A stretch of 64,000 nt of DNA. Origin: Minisyncoccota bacterium (lineage in GTDB: Bacteria; Patescibacteriota; Minisyncoccia; Phycocordibacterales; UBA9973). The translations under genes and the position numbers were made by a program. The stretch's first letter is position 1; each line of letters begins with the position of its first letter. The notes beneath the pieces were generated by a model. The model did no database searches. It saw nothing but the letters and a program-made list of their open reading frames with translations, and was not told the origin of the DNA. Below are positions 28,708 through 38,220 of this stretch, one piece after another. The stretch lies in assembly GCA_041658325.1 (NCBI GenBank), contig JBBAAI010000003.1, positions 2,201 through 66,200 on the forward strand. Direction: 5' to 3'.

Positions 28708-29769
28708 TTAAAGCCTTAAATTACCATTCGCTTTTATACTATCTATTTTAGGAGTTTCCTTTTTATTTTTTATGTAATTTAAATATCCAGCGATACCGAT
28801 CATTAAAGAGTTATCTCCCGTGAGCTCTTTACTCGGCAGAAAAAGTTTTATCTTTTTTCCAGTTATTTCTTTCATTTTGTTCCTCAGATGTTCATTTGCA
28901 GATACTCCTCCTGCCACGATGAGAGTTTTGATTTTATATTTTTCAATTGCTTTAGCTGTTTTGTGTACCAGACACTCAATGGCGGCGTTTTCAAATTCAA
29001 GAGCTATTTGTGCTTTTGTTTTTTTATTTATTGGTTCAATTTTCTTTATTAAATAAAGGACGGCTGTTTTTAGTCCAGAGAAAGAGAAATCTAAATTTTT
29101 GCTATAAAGCATGGGTCGAGGTAGTTTGATATTTTCATTTTTTGTTTTATTTCTTTCTTGTTCAGCTAATTTTGAAATTTCTGGCCCGCCAGGATAGGGA
29201 AGATCTAGCATGCGAGCAACTTTATCAAAAGCTTCGCCGACGGCATCATCTAGAGTTTGTCCAATAATTTCATAATTCATCCATTTTTTAATGAGAACTA
29301 ATTCTGTGTGGCCACCAGAGACTAATAACGCGAGCGCTGGGTTTTTTATTTTTAAAACTTTAAACTTCTTTTTTTTATTTGCAAAAATAGAAAGCATATG
29401 TCCTTCCATGTGGTTTACTGGCATGATGGGCACATTCCATTTTTTTGCCAACTCTTGTGCAAAGGTAATTCCTGTCCAAAGTGTTGGTTCTAATCCTGGA
29501 CCATAGGTTACGGTAATAAGGTCAACGGGCTTTTTTTTATTTTTTATTTTTGATTCTTTTAAAGTCTTTTCCAGAATAATAGGCAGATTTTTTATGTGTT
29601 CTCTCTTGGCAAGCGCTGGAAAAACTCCTCCGTAAGGAATATGGATACTAATTTGCGAGGAGACATTGTTTGCCAGAACTTCAAAAGAAGCATTTGTGAT
29701 GCCTCCTTTTACTTCCATTATACTTATTCCTGTATCGTCACAAGATGTTTCTATACTTAAAATTTTCAT
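28708..29769 (-). CDS. tsaD: tRNA N6-adenosine threonylcarbamoyltransferase TsaD
   Basis: Kae1/TsaD motifs (MKILSIETSCDDTGISI, HMEGHML, GGVSAN); ORF-track N-terminal extension to 29844 overlaps tRNA-Val so the start is placed at MKILSIETS. Confidence 0.85.
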   Translation of the reverse strand: MKILSIETSCDDTGISIMEVKGGITNASFEVLANNVSSQISIHIPYGGVFPALAKREHIKNLPIILEKTLKESKIKNKKKPVDLITVTYGPGLEPTLWTGITFAQELAKKWNVPIMPVNHMEGHMLSIFANKKKKFKVLKIKNPALALLVSGGHTELVLIKKWMNYEIIGQTLDDAVGEAFDKVARMLDLPYPGGPEISKLAEQERNKTKNENIKLPRPMLYSKNLDFSFSGLKTAVLYLIKKIEPINKKTKAQIALEFENAAIECLVHKTAKAIEKYKIKTLIVAGGVSANEHLRNKMKEITGKKIKLFLPSKELTGDNSLMIGIAGYLNYIKNKKETPKIDSIKANGNLRL

Positions 29770-29783
29770 GCTAATTTTTATTT

Positions 29784-29859
29784 TGGTGCGCGATACAGGG
29801 ATCGAACCTGTGACCTTGTCTACGTCAAAGACACGCTCTACCAACTGAGCTAACCGCGC
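29784..29859 (-). tRNA. tRNA-Val (anticodon GAC), CCA encoded
   Basis: Reverse complement: acceptor GCGCGGT/ATCGCGC, D arm GCTC-AGTTGGTA-GAGC, anticodon arm TGTCT-TTGACGT-AGACA, T arm ACAGG-TTCGATC-CCTGT, 3-prime ACCA. Confidence 0.8.
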
Positions 29860-29868
29860 GCCCTTTAT

Positions 29869-31098
29869 TTATAGCATTTTTTCTTTGATTCTTTCAAGCG
29901 CCAAGATAAAAGCCCCCATACGAAGAGATGTTTTATTTTCTTGTGCGTTTTGAAATATTTTTTTACCTGCGTCTTCCATCATCGGTTTTAATTTTTCAAA
30001 AACCTGTTGCTCGGTCCAATGTTCCTTTTTTAGGTTTTGTTCCCATTCAAAACAAGAAACTATAACGCCTCCAGAATTTGCCCAAATATCTGGCAATATA
30101 GGAATATTTTTTTTGAACAAAATTTCGTCTGCTTCTGGGTTAATAGGACCATTTGCAAGTTCTAAAATGACTTTAGCTTTGACATTGTCTGCGTTTTTTT
30201 CATTGATTTCATTTTCAAATGCGGCGGGGATTAAAAGATCGCACCCTGTGGCTAACAGTTCCAAATTTGTTATATCTTTACTGCCAGGGAAATTAGAAAG
30301 GTTGCTCGTTGTTTTTTTGTGCTCTAAAAGTTTTTCTATGTCTATTCCATCCGGATTATAAACTCCTCCTTTGGAATCTGAAATTGCGATAATCGTATGT
30401 CCAGCCTTATTCCAAATTTTTGCCGCGTTACTACCAGCATTTCCGAAACCCTGAATGGCTACTTTGCATTTTTCTGGTAAATTTAATTCTTTTTTTAATG
30501 CTTCAAAAGCATAAAAACCGCCCTGAGCAGTAGATGTTCCTCTTCCTTCAGAACCGCCTTTATCAAGTGGTTTGCCTGTTATAACTGCTCCGCTTGTGTC
30601 ACCAGTAATTTTCCCGTATTCGTCTGAAATCCAGGCCATTATCTCTGGTGTCGTGTTTACGTCTGGAGCAGGGACATCTTTACGAGGTCCAATAACATCT
30701 GTAAGTCTTTGTGCCCATCCACGCGAGAGCCTTTCCAGTTCTCCTTTTGATAATTTTTTAGGATCTACAGTTACTCCACCTTTTCCACCACCCATAGGAA
30801 TACCTCCAACGGCGCACTTAAGAGTCATCCAAAAAGCGAGTGCTTTTACTTCATTTATTTCAGTATCGGCGTGATATCTAATTCCTCCTTTATAAGGTCC
30901 AAGTGCGTCATTATACTGCACTCTGTATCCTTCAAAGATTTTCAGGGTGCCATCGTCCATCTTAACTGGAATTGAAATTCTAATGTCTCGATCGGGTTGC
31001 CTTAGGCGGGCAATAAATTCATTACCGAAATTTTTTGCTGTAGTTATTTTGGCGACCTTGTCTAATTGGGCCATTGCGTTTTGAAAAGGGTTTTGCAT
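29869..31098 (-). CDS. Glutamate dehydrogenase (Glu/Leu/Phe/Val dehydrogenase family)
   Basis: 409 aa; catalytic GGGKGG-containing region (AVGGIPMGGGKGGVTVDPK), NAD(P)-binding GFGNAGSNAA. Confidence 0.85.
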   Translation of the reverse strand: MQNPFQNAMAQLDKVAKITTAKNFGNEFIARLRQPDRDIRISIPVKMDDGTLKIFEGYRVQYNDALGPYKGGIRYHADTEINEVKALAFWMTLKCAVGGIPMGGGKGGVTVDPKKLSKGELERLSRGWAQRLTDVIGPRKDVPAPDVNTTPEIMAWISDEYGKITGDTSGAVITGKPLDKGGSEGRGTSTAQGGFYAFEALKKELNLPEKCKVAIQGFGNAGSNAAKIWNKAGHTIIAISDSKGGVYNPDGIDIEKLLEHKKTTSNLSNFPGSKDITNLELLATGCDLLIPAAFENEINEKNADNVKAKVILELANGPINPEADEILFKKNIPILPDIWANSGGVIVSCFEWEQNLKKEHWTEQQVFEKLKPMMEDAGKKIFQNAQENKTSLRMGAFILALERIKEKML

Positions 31099-31212
31099 AT
31101 TATTTTACTTTTAATTATTAATGACTTTTATTCTACTCTTTCTATTAAAATTCGCTATAAAATATTTATGAAGACAGATTTTTTATAATAGCGCAAGTTT
31201 TTTTACTATTAA

Positions 31213-31800
31213 TTAAGTTTGACGTTTTTCAATTTCTTTTAGTACTTTTGGGATTTTTTTAAAATCTGCTATCAGAACCTCACGCATAGAGCCGTCGTAT
31301 AATGCCGCGGCTGGATGATAAAGAGGGAAGAAATATTTTGTAGATACATCTTTAAAAGGTTTAATTAATAGTTTTCCATGGGCGCCCGAAATTTGTAAAT
31401 CTGGAAAAAAGTTATTCATTGCGTGACGCCCTAGGAAAATTATCAGCTTGGGTGAAATTATTTTCAGTTCTTCTGAGAGCCATTCTCGGCAAGATGCTTT
31501 TTCTTCAGGCAGGGGATCGCGATTATCTGGCGGGCGATATTTTACTATATTTGTGATATAAATATCTTTTCTTTCTAGTTTTATTAATCCAAGCATTTCG
31601 TTCAAGAATTTTCCCGCTGCTCCTACAAAGGGTTCTCCTTGTTCATCTTCTTTTTTTCCTGGCGCTTCACCGATAAAAACAATTTCTGCATTAGCATTAC
31701 CGACTCCGGGCACGGCTTGTGTCGCAGTTTTTTTGAGTTCACTCTCACATTCCTCCTTCCACTTTTTGTGTAGATTTTCTAGTTTTTTATTTTTATCCAT
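31213..31800 (-). CDS. Uracil-DNA glycosylase, family 4
   Basis: GEAPGKKEDEQGEPFVGAAGKFL motif and HPAAALY; ORF-track N-terminus (to 31824) overlaps tRNA-Glu so start placed at MDKNKK. Confidence 0.8.
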   Translation of the reverse strand: MDKNKKLENLHKKWKEECESELKKTATQAVPGVGNANAEIVFIGEAPGKKEDEQGEPFVGAAGKFLNEMLGLIKLERKDIYITNIVKYRPPDNRDPLPEEKASCREWLSEELKIISPKLIIFLGRHAMNNFFPDLQISGAHGKLLIKPFKDVSTKYFFPLYHPAAALYDGSMREVLIADFKKIPKVLKEIEKRQT

Positions 31801-31803
31801 TTG

Positions 31804-31875
31804 TGACCCTACTGGGAATCGCACCCAGATTACCAGCTTGAAAAGCTGATGTCCTAACTATTAGACGATAGGGCC
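31804..31875 (-). tRNA. tRNA-Glu (anticodon TTC)
   Basis: Reverse complement GGCCCTATCGTCTAATAGTTAGGAC...; anticodon arm TCAGC-TTTTCAA-GCTGG; T arm CTGGG-TGCGATT-CCCAG. Confidence 0.8.
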
Positions 31876-31901
31876 AAAAACATTTAGTATCATAACATTT
31901 T

Positions 31902-31930
31902 TTGAAAAAATCGCAATTTATTGTTATAAT
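31902..31930 (+). promoter_or_regulatory. sigma70-like promoter TTGAAA-17-TATAAT; -10 box 6 nt upstream of ATG (leaderless MFS transcript)
   Basis: ttgaaa 31902-31907, tataat 31925-31930, ATG 31937. Confidence 0.5.
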
Positions 31931-31936
31931 TCAAGA

Positions 31937-33124
31937 ATGGAAAAAAGATTTTTGAATGTTCATCCGGACGTACTCAAGTTGGGAATCGTTAGTTTTTTGA
32001 CAGACATTAGTTCCGAATCTATTTTTGCAGTTTTCTCTATATTTTTCACTGTTATTGTCGGCGCACCGGCAACACTCCTTGGTTTTGTTGAAGGTTTGTC
32101 GGATTTTTCTGCATCTTCCTTGGATTATTTTGTAGGCTGGTTGTCAGACAAAACTGGAAAGAGGAAATCATTAGCTCTGACGGGTTACGGCTTTTCCACT
32201 TTTGCAAAAATAATGTTATTGATGGGGAGTTCTGCTTTTGCGCTTTCGGCGTTTAGAATAATTGAACGTTTAGGAAAAAGTTTTCGTGGTCCACCGAGAG
32301 ATGCTTGGCTTTCAGCTGTAGCAGAAGAATCTACTAGGGGATATGCTTTTGGTTTACATAAAGCTATGGATAAAGCAGGGGCTATTTTAGGACCACTTAT
32401 CGCATATTTTTTGCTTCTTTATTTGGGCCAGAGTGAAAGTACTTTTCGTTTAATTTTTATTATTGCAGTTGTCGGAGCTGTGGCAGCGGTCGCTGTTCTA
32501 GCTCTCATGAAAGATCGTCCAGGTATTCCACACAAAAGAGAAAATATTTTTAAGGCTTGGGGAGTTTTAAATAGAGGGTTCAAACTTTATCTTATTCCAG
32601 CGGGAATTTTTTCTTTAGCCTATTTTAGTTTCGGTTTTCTGCTTCTGCGTGCATATAATGTGGGTTTTGCGATTAAGGACGTGGTATTGCTTTATGCGTT
32701 ATTTAATATTTCTTTTGTTATTTTTTCAATACCTATCGGTAAACTAGGGGATTTTATTGGAAGAAAATATATTATTGTTTTGGGATATTTAGTTTATATT
32801 ATTATGTCCTTGGGTTTTATTTTTGTTCAAGAAAAATGGGAAGTAATTATTTTATTTATATTGTTTGGTATTTTTTATACGATTGATGAAGCTCAAAGTA
32901 AGGCTTTTATTTCTGATATAGAACAAGACAGAAGAGCGACCGCTATCGGTATGTATAATTTTGTCACTGGTTTAATCTATCTTCCAGCTTCTGTAATCGC
33001 AGGTGCGTTTTGGATATTAAGTCCAGCATACACTTTCATTTTTGCGGCGGTAACCGCATTTGTTGCAATGAGTATCTTTATTTTTCTTCAGAACAAGATA
33101 ACAAGCGGAGGCGGTGAGATTTGA
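31937..33124 (+). CDS. MFS transporter
   Basis: 395 aa, 12 predicted TM helices with MFS-like loop motifs; last ~19 nt overlap tRNA-Ser on the opposite strand. Confidence 0.75.
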   Translation: MEKRFLNVHPDVLKLGIVSFLTDISSESIFAVFSIFFTVIVGAPATLLGFVEGLSDFSASSLDYFVGWLSDKTGKRKSLALTGYGFSTFAKIMLLMGSSAFALSAFRIIERLGKSFRGPPRDAWLSAVAEESTRGYAFGLHKAMDKAGAILGPLIAYFLLLYLGQSESTFRLIFIIAVVGAVAAVAVLALMKDRPGIPHKRENIFKAWGVLNRGFKLYLIPAGIFSLAYFSFGFLLLRAYNVGFAIKDVVLLYALFNISFVIFSIPIGKLGDFIGRKYIIVLGYLVYIIMSLGFIFVQEKWEVIILFILFGIFYTIDEAQSKAFISDIEQDRRATAIGMYNFVTGLIYLPASVIAGAFWILSPAYTFIFAAVTAFVAMSIFIFLQNKITSGGGEI

Positions 33125-33192
33125 ACTCACGATCGAGTTGCCCCGATGCCGGTTTTCGAAACCGGTGCCTTCAACCACTCAGCCACGCCTCC
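33106..33192 (-). tRNA. tRNA-Ser (anticodon CGA), long variable arm
   Basis: Reverse complement GGAGGCGTGGCTGAGTGGTTGAAGGC ACCGG-TTTCGAA-AACCGG... long variable arm CATCGGGGCAACTCGATCG, T arm GTGAG-TTCAAAT-CTCAC, discriminator G. Confidence 0.8.
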
Positions 33193-33210
33193 GTTTTTTA
33201 GTATGTTAAT

Positions 33211-34137
33211 CTATTTCGTATGTATTGCCAAATATATATCTTCTAGAGCTCGGACAGCGTCACCAGCGGCGATATTGTTTTGATGATAGAGAACATTAGT
33301 ACAATCTCCAGCGGCCCAGATGCCTGGGACTTCGGTTTTTTGCGACCACGCATCAATTTTTATTCTTCCTATTTTATCAAGGGGCACTAAATCTTTTAAA
33401 AAATCAGTATTTGGGATTTGTCCGATCTCAACGAAAATTCCGGATACTTTTAATTCATTTTCGGTACTGGAGGCTTTATCCTTGTAGACTAATCCTTCTA
33501 CAAATTTATCACCTTGTATTTCTAAAATATCTACATTCTTGATAGCTTTGATTTTTGGATTTTTCAAAACTCTATCTATTGTGATCTGGTCAGCGCGGAA
33601 GGTGTCACTTCGGTTTATGAGAACAACAGACTTGCAATAAGCGAGAAGTTGAGCGGCAGTTTCAAAAGCAGCATTGCCTCCGCCGATGACAGCCACATCC
33701 ATATCAGCAAAAAGTGGTCCGTCACAAGAAGCACAATAAGTGAGACCTTTGTGTTCTAATTTATCTGCATTTTTTGCTTCCAATTTTCTGCGTCCGCTTC
33801 CGGTTGCGATTAAAATTGTTTTTGTTAAAAATTCTTCACTATTTTCTGTTTTTACTGAAAATTCATTTTCTTTCTTTGTTACAGCGCTCACTTTCTGATT
33901 TTCTTTAACTTCTAAACTATCTCCAACATTGGTTAATACGTGTTTTTTAAAATTTTCCGCAAGCTCTGCACCGGGAATAGAAGGGGAACCAATCCAGTTA
34001 TATATCTTTTCTGACACAACACTTTGTCCACCCCATTCGGATGTTATAAAAAGTGTTTTTAATCTTTTCCTGGCAGCGTAAACAGCTGCCGCACTTCCGG
34101 CTGGACCTCCACCAATAATTATAAGATCGTATGTCAT
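33211..34137 (-). CDS. trxB: Thioredoxin-disulfide reductase
   Basis: FAD motif DLIIIGGGPAGSAAAVYAA, redox CASCDG, NADPH motif; start moved from ORF-track 34152 to MTYDLIII because the upstream Met codon lies inside an extended -10 (TGTATAATG). Confidence 0.8.
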   Translation of the reverse strand: MTYDLIIIGGGPAGSAAAVYAARKRLKTLFITSEWGGQSVVSEKIYNWIGSPSIPGAELAENFKKHVLTNVGDSLEVKENQKVSAVTKKENEFSVKTENSEEFLTKTILIATGSGRRKLEAKNADKLEHKGLTYCASCDGPLFADMDVAVIGGGNAAFETAAQLLAYCKSVVLINRSDTFRADQITIDRVLKNPKIKAIKNVDILEIQGDKFVEGLVYKDKASSTENELKVSGIFVEIGQIPNTDFLKDLVPLDKIGRIKIDAWSQKTEVPGIWAAGDCTNVLYHQNNIAAGDAVRALEDIYLAIHTK

Positions 34138-34143
34138 CTTTGC

Positions 34144-34152
34144 ATTATACAC
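34144..34152 (-). promoter_or_regulatory. Extended -10 (TGTATAAT) 6 nt upstream of trxB ATG: leaderless transcript
   Basis: minus-strand ...tagTGTATAATgcaaagATGaca. Confidence 0.45.
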
Positions 34153-34524
34153 TAGGTATCGAATTTCATTTCATTGACGTAAAACTATTTATTTGGTATT
34201 ATGAAGACTAATATATTTTGCTCTTTAAATCTTTCATGCTCTGCGTTTTTGCGGGGCGTGTTTATATAAATCACAAACACCAGAAAGGGGGAAACAATGC
34301 TAGCTTTTTGGGGAACACTTCTCGATATCAATTGGGATGGAGAAGAAAGGAGAAAAAAAACAATTCCTAGGTTGGTTTTAGTCTCTCCGAATACCGAGGA
34401 GAGGAGAAAACATTCTGTTTCACCAAGAGAGGAGAAAGGGAAGGTGTTTCCCTTCTTTGCCAAGCGCAAGGGGGGAACGGCCGGACTTCATTTTCCTGGC
34501 TGTCAGTGCGAATTCGAGTGAGAT

Positions 34525-34575
34525 CAAAAAAGGCCCCGCGGAGCAGTATGCTTCCGCGAGGCCTTTGTTGTTTGT
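34525..34575. terminator. Bidirectional rho-independent terminator (downstream of ftsZ on minus strand)
   Basis: aaaaaa-GGCCCCGCGGAGCAgtaTGCTTCCGCGAGGCC-tttgttgtttg. Confidence 0.7.
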
Positions 34576-34577
34576 AA

Positions 34578-35765
34578 CTATTTTTTATTACGTCTCAAAA
34601 AAGCTGGAACAGCGCTCCAATCGCCTCCGTCATCTTCTATGATTTCTTCTTTAACTTCCTTTTTGTCCATTTTTTTAATGAAATCATTGTTGTTTATATT
34701 TCCATTTTGGAAACTATTATGGATTTCTTTTTTTACTACAGCCGGAGCTTCATCTTTTAGAAGTGTTTGATTTATATTTGTCGCGCTGAAAAGACTTTTA
34801 CGAGGCGCATCAGCAGGGAAGCTGGTGGCAATAACTGTAACCTTTATTTCTCCTTTTTTTAATTTTTCATCTCGGATTGTTCCAAAAATTACTTTTGCAT
34901 CTTTGTCGATTGACTCAGTGATTATTTTTGCTGCTTCTTGAATTTCATTAATAGTTAAATCGTCTCCGCCGGAGATAGCAAAGAGTACTCCTTTTGCTCC
35001 GTGGATAGAAACTTCAAGTAATGGCGAATTTATAGCAGCTAGGGCTGCTTTTTCTGCCCGTTTTTCGCCAGAGGCACTACCTATGCCCATAAGAGCTGAC
35101 CCAGCATTAGCCATAACAGCTTTAATGTCTGCAAAATCAACGTTTATGACGCCTGGGGTAGTAATTAGATCAGAAATACCTTCTACTGCTTGACGTAACA
35201 CATCGTCACACTTTATAAAAGCATCTTTGAAATTAGTATTTTTCTCAGCCAATTGAAGCAATTTGTCATTTGGAATAATGATTATAGCATCTACTTCTTT
35301 TGCTAATTCTTCGATGCCTTTTTCTGCAATTTTCATTCGGTGATTACCTTCAAAGAAGAAAGGTTTAGTTGTAACAGCAACAGTTAAAATACCTTGTTCT
35401 CTCGCTGCGCGAGCGACGATTGGAGCCGCGCCAGTACCCGTACCTCCTCCCATTCCACAAGCTAGAAAAACCATATCTGCTCCTTTGATAACATCTTGAA
35501 TTTCAGATTTTGTTTCCTCAGCTGCTTTCTTACCAATCTCTGGATCCATTCCTGCACCGAGACCTTTAGTTAAATTTTTCCCAATATGAATTTTTTTCTC
35601 TGCCAAAGAGTGATGTAAATCTTGTGTATCTGTATTCATACAAATAAAAGATACGCCATTCACTTTAGAATTTATCATATGATTTACAGCATTTTTACCT
35701 GATCCTCCGATACCGATAACCATAATGCGAGCGAAACTTTGTATTGCTTGATTTACTTTTGGCAT
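34578..35765 (-). CDS. ftsZ: Cell division protein FtsZ
   Basis: [17 protein letters not shown], tubulin signature [13 protein letters not shown], acidic/basic C-terminal tail. Confidence 0.9.
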   Translation of the reverse strand: MPKVNQAIQSFARIMVIGIGGSGKNAVNHMINSKVNGVSFICMNTDTQDLHHSLAEKKIHIGKNLTKGLGAGMDPEIGKKAAEETKSEIQDVIKGADMVFLACGMGGGTGTGAAPIVARAAREQGILTVAVTTKPFFFEGNHRMKIAEKGIEELAKEVDAIIIIPNDKLLQLAEKNTNFKDAFIKCDDVLRQAVEGISDLITTPGVINVDFADIKAVMANAGSALMGIGSASGEKRAEKAALAAINSPLLEVSIHGAKGVLFAISGGDDLTINEIQEAAKIITESIDKDAKVIFGTIRDEKLKKGEIKVTVIATSFPADAPRKSLFSATNINQTLLKDEAPAVVKKEIHNSFQNGNINNNDFIKKMDKKEVKEEIIEDDGGDWSAVPAFLRRNKK

Positions 35766-35871
35766 ATTTTTACTTATTCAAGATTTAACTTATATGAAAA
35801 CATACTAACACTAGCGCAAAAAAAAGCAAAGTTTTTGTTTTTTAAATAGATTGCCCCAAAAGAGGGCTTTT

Positions 35872-37035
35872 CTATGGCATTAGTTGTTTTAAACTTGATT
35901 TTACTATATTTTTTAACTCTTTTAAAATATTTTTTAAAGAGCTTTCGGAGTAATCCGCTCCATTTTTGCCAGAGGTTAAAAGACCTAGTGCGGTGAAATA
36001 AGATGAATCACGAAGTTTGGTTTTAGTATTACCGAAAATCTCAGTCGTTCCGATACTTGAAGGAAGTTTTAAAATAGATTTTGATAATTCTATCAGACCT
36101 GGTATATTAGCACCGCCACCCACAAACACTATTCCTGCTGGTAAAAGTTCTGATCTTTTTATTTTTTTTAAATTATTTTCTATCGATTCAAAAATATCAC
36201 AAAGACGTGCCTCGATTATTTCATTAAGTTTTTTCTTTGAAAATTCTTCTCCAACATTTCCAAACTTTAAATCTTCCGCTTTTTCTAATGGGATTTTAAA
36301 TCCCAAAGCAATATCATTAGTAATATCTGAAGAACCAATTGAAAAAGTATAAATTGATACCAATAATCCATTTTCAAAAACAGAAATAGATGTGGTTTGA
36401 TCTCCGATGTTTACTAAAGCTACCCCGACGATTTTTTGTTTTTCAGATAAAACAAGATTATTGATAGCTATCGGGGAAGCTATTACATTGATAGTTTCTA
36501 CTCCAGCTTCTGCGATGACTTCAAGTAAATCTTCTAGATGAACAATAGAATAAGTAATAAAAAGGGCTTTAGCTTCAAGCTTGGTTCCGCGCATTCCTTC
36601 TAGTCTGCCCAATATTTCTTTTCCATCGAGTCGAAAGGAAATAGGGTACGTGTGAATAATTTTCTTATTACCTAAACTCAAATTATCTTCACAATTTTGT
36701 AGTGCTTTACCGATATCTAGGTTTGTTACCTCACCATCAGCCTTAGAGATAATTGTTCCACCAGAACTCATTTCTCCTCGCAGGGTTGTTCCAGAAAGTG
36801 AGACAAAAGCACGTTTTATTTTTATACCAGAAGACTTTTCTGCTTGAGCAACAGCATTTTTTATTGAAGTTTTAGCAAGATCTGAATTTACGACATAGCC
36901 ATGTCTAAGTCCGAGTGTGGTATTTTCACCCATGCCAATAACTCTAGGATTTTTTTCTCCTTTTAGAAATTCTCCGACCACGACTCGCGTCATGGACGAT
37001 CCCACATCTATCCCGACAGAAATATTTCTTATCAT
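35872..37035 (-). CDS. ftsA: Cell division protein FtsA
   Basis: 387 aa actin-like ATPase (ISVGIDVGSSMTRVVVGE, DIGDQTTSISVF, GIVFVGGGANIPGL). Confidence 0.85.
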   Translation of the reverse strand: MIRNISVGIDVGSSMTRVVVGEFLKGEKNPRVIGMGENTTLGLRHGYVVNSDLAKTSIKNAVAQAEKSSGIKIKRAFVSLSGTTLRGEMSSGGTIISKADGEVTNLDIGKALQNCEDNLSLGNKKIIHTYPISFRLDGKEILGRLEGMRGTKLEAKALFITYSIVHLEDLLEVIAEAGVETINVIASPIAINNLVLSEKQKIVGVALVNIGDQTTSISVFENGLLVSIYTFSIGSSDITNDIALGFKIPLEKAEDLKFGNVGEEFSKKKLNEIIEARLCDIFESIENNLKKIKRSELLPAGIVFVGGGANIPGLIELSKSILKLPSSIGTTEIFGNTKTKLRDSSYFTALGLLTSGKNGADYSESSLKNILKELKNIVKSSLKQLMP

Positions 37036-37396
37036 ATTTTTCTTCAGCTTTCTCCATTGTACTACTATGTTCCATTCCTTTCAAATGAAGCATTCCGTGG
37101 ATAACTAAAAAACCCAAGAATTGGCTAAAGGTTTTTCCGAAACTTTTAGCTTCTCGTTTTATGACCTGTGGACACATTACAATTTCTCCTTCATTTTTAT
37201 GTAAAAGGAAAGATAAAATATTTGTAGGTTTGTTTTTTCCTCTATATTTTTTATTTATATTTCTAGATTCTTCACTATCTACAAAAGCAAGAGAAAGGGA
37301 ATAATTTTTTCCTAAAATATCCTTTTTTATATCCAGAAGAGGCAAGCAAGGTAATTTTGCTTTTGTTTTATTTATTACAGAAAATTTTTCCTGCAT
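36944..37396 (-). CDS. ybeY: rRNA maturation endoribonuclease YbeY
   Basis: 150 aa; H-x-x-x-H-x-x-G-x-x-H zinc motif VIHGMLHLKGMEH; 3-prime end overlaps ftsA start by ~90 nt. Confidence 0.8.
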   Translation of the reverse strand: MQEKFSVINKTKAKLPCLPLLDIKKDILGKNYSLSLAFVDSEESRNINKKYRGKNKPTNILSFLLHKNEGEIVMCPQVIKREAKSFGKTFSQFLGFLVIHGMLHLKGMEHSSTMEKAEEKYDKKYFCRDRCGIVHDASRGRRISKRRKKS

Positions 37397-37400
37397 ATTT

Positions 37401-37634
37401 TTATTTAGATGCCATTTTACCCAATTTGCGAAGTTTTTCTATTTCCTTTCTTCGGCCCATTCTCTTTAGGGCACTTTTTTTTATTTTAAGTTTGGATTCT
37501 TTTCTTACGTTATAGCGAGCGCCCTTAACTTTTCGGACAATGCCGGATTCTTGAATTCTGCGAGAAAAACGACGTAAAACGCTGGAATTATTTTCATTTG
37601 GATTTTTCTTTACTTCTATTACTGTTTTTGCCAT
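37401..37634 (-). CDS. rpsU: 30S ribosomal protein S21
   Basis: 77 aa, very basic; VLRRFSRRIQESGIVRKVKGARYNVRKESKLK matches the S21 core. Confidence 0.7.
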   Translation of the reverse strand: MAKTVIEVKKNPNENNSSVLRRFSRRIQESGIVRKVKGARYNVRKESKLKIKKSALKRMGRRKEIEKLRKLGKMASK

Positions 37635-37688
37635 ATGTTTCTAAGGTTATCATATAAAAGATTTTTAGCAAGTTTTTAAAGCTTTTTA

Positions 37689-37716
37689 TTGACTTTTTCG
37701 TAAAAAAAACTATTAT
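37689..37716 (+). promoter_or_regulatory. sigma70-like promoter TTGACT-16-TATTAT ending 7 nt before greA ATG (leaderless)
   Basis: ttgact 37689-37694, tattat 37711-37716, ATG 37724. Confidence 0.5.
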
Positions 37717-37723
37717 ATAAATT

Positions 37724-38191
37724 ATGCAACAAGCAGGAGATTATATAACCGAAGAAAAAAGGAAAGCGTTGGAAGTCGAATTGAAAGATCTTAAAGGACC
37801 TAAAAGGAAAGAAATCCTGGAGAATTTAGAGTATGCTAAATCATTGGGTGATTTGTCAGAAAATGCAGAATATCACCAAACTCGTGAAGAACAAGGTAAA
37901 TTAGAAGAACGAATTGCTAAAATAGAAAAGATTTTGCAATCTTCGCAAACAGTAAAGGGAGGTGGGGGAGAAATAATCGAAGTAGGTTCTAAGGTGGTTG
38001 TCCAGAAAAACGGCACTAAAGAACAAAAAACTTATGTTATCGTAGGATCTGAAGAGGCGGATATGGCAGAAGGGAAAATTTCTAATCGATCTCCTTTTGG
38101 CAAAGCGCTTTTTGGAAAAAAGAAAGGTGATGATGTTTCTTTTAAAACTCCCAACGGTTTAGTTGATTACAAAATAATAAATGTATCTTAA
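37724..38191 (+). CDS. greA: Transcription elongation factor GreA
   Basis: 155 aa; N-terminal coiled coil with LGDLSENAEYHQTREEQGKLEERIAKIEKIL, C-terminal FKBP-like domain. Confidence 0.85.
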   Translation: MQQAGDYITEEKRKALEVELKDLKGPKRKEILENLEYAKSLGDLSENAEYHQTREEQGKLEERIAKIEKILQSSQTVKGGGGEIIEVGSKVVVQKNGTKEQKTYVIVGSEEADMAEGKISNRSPFGKALFGKKKGDDVSFKTPNGLVDYKIINVS

Positions 38192-38220
38192 AAATCTTCG
38201 TTATAACGAAGTGAATTAAA

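Noticed and set aside
33106-33124. Possible mis-called MFS transporter stop because it overlaps tRNA-Ser
   Set aside because: The stop codon is fixed by sequence (tga at 33122-33124). Antisense overlap of a CDS end with a tRNA 3-prime end is physically possible, so it is kept as a real overlap.
34470-34520. RNase P RNA: minus-strand AUGAAGUCCGGCC resembles the conserved P4 strand GGAAAGUCCGGGC
   Set aside because: No matching 3-prime P4 partner (ACAGAAnCCGGCUUA-like) at an appropriate distance. ACAGAAUG and GGUGAAAC look-alikes occur only ~60-80 nt downstream, far too close. No P4 covariation.
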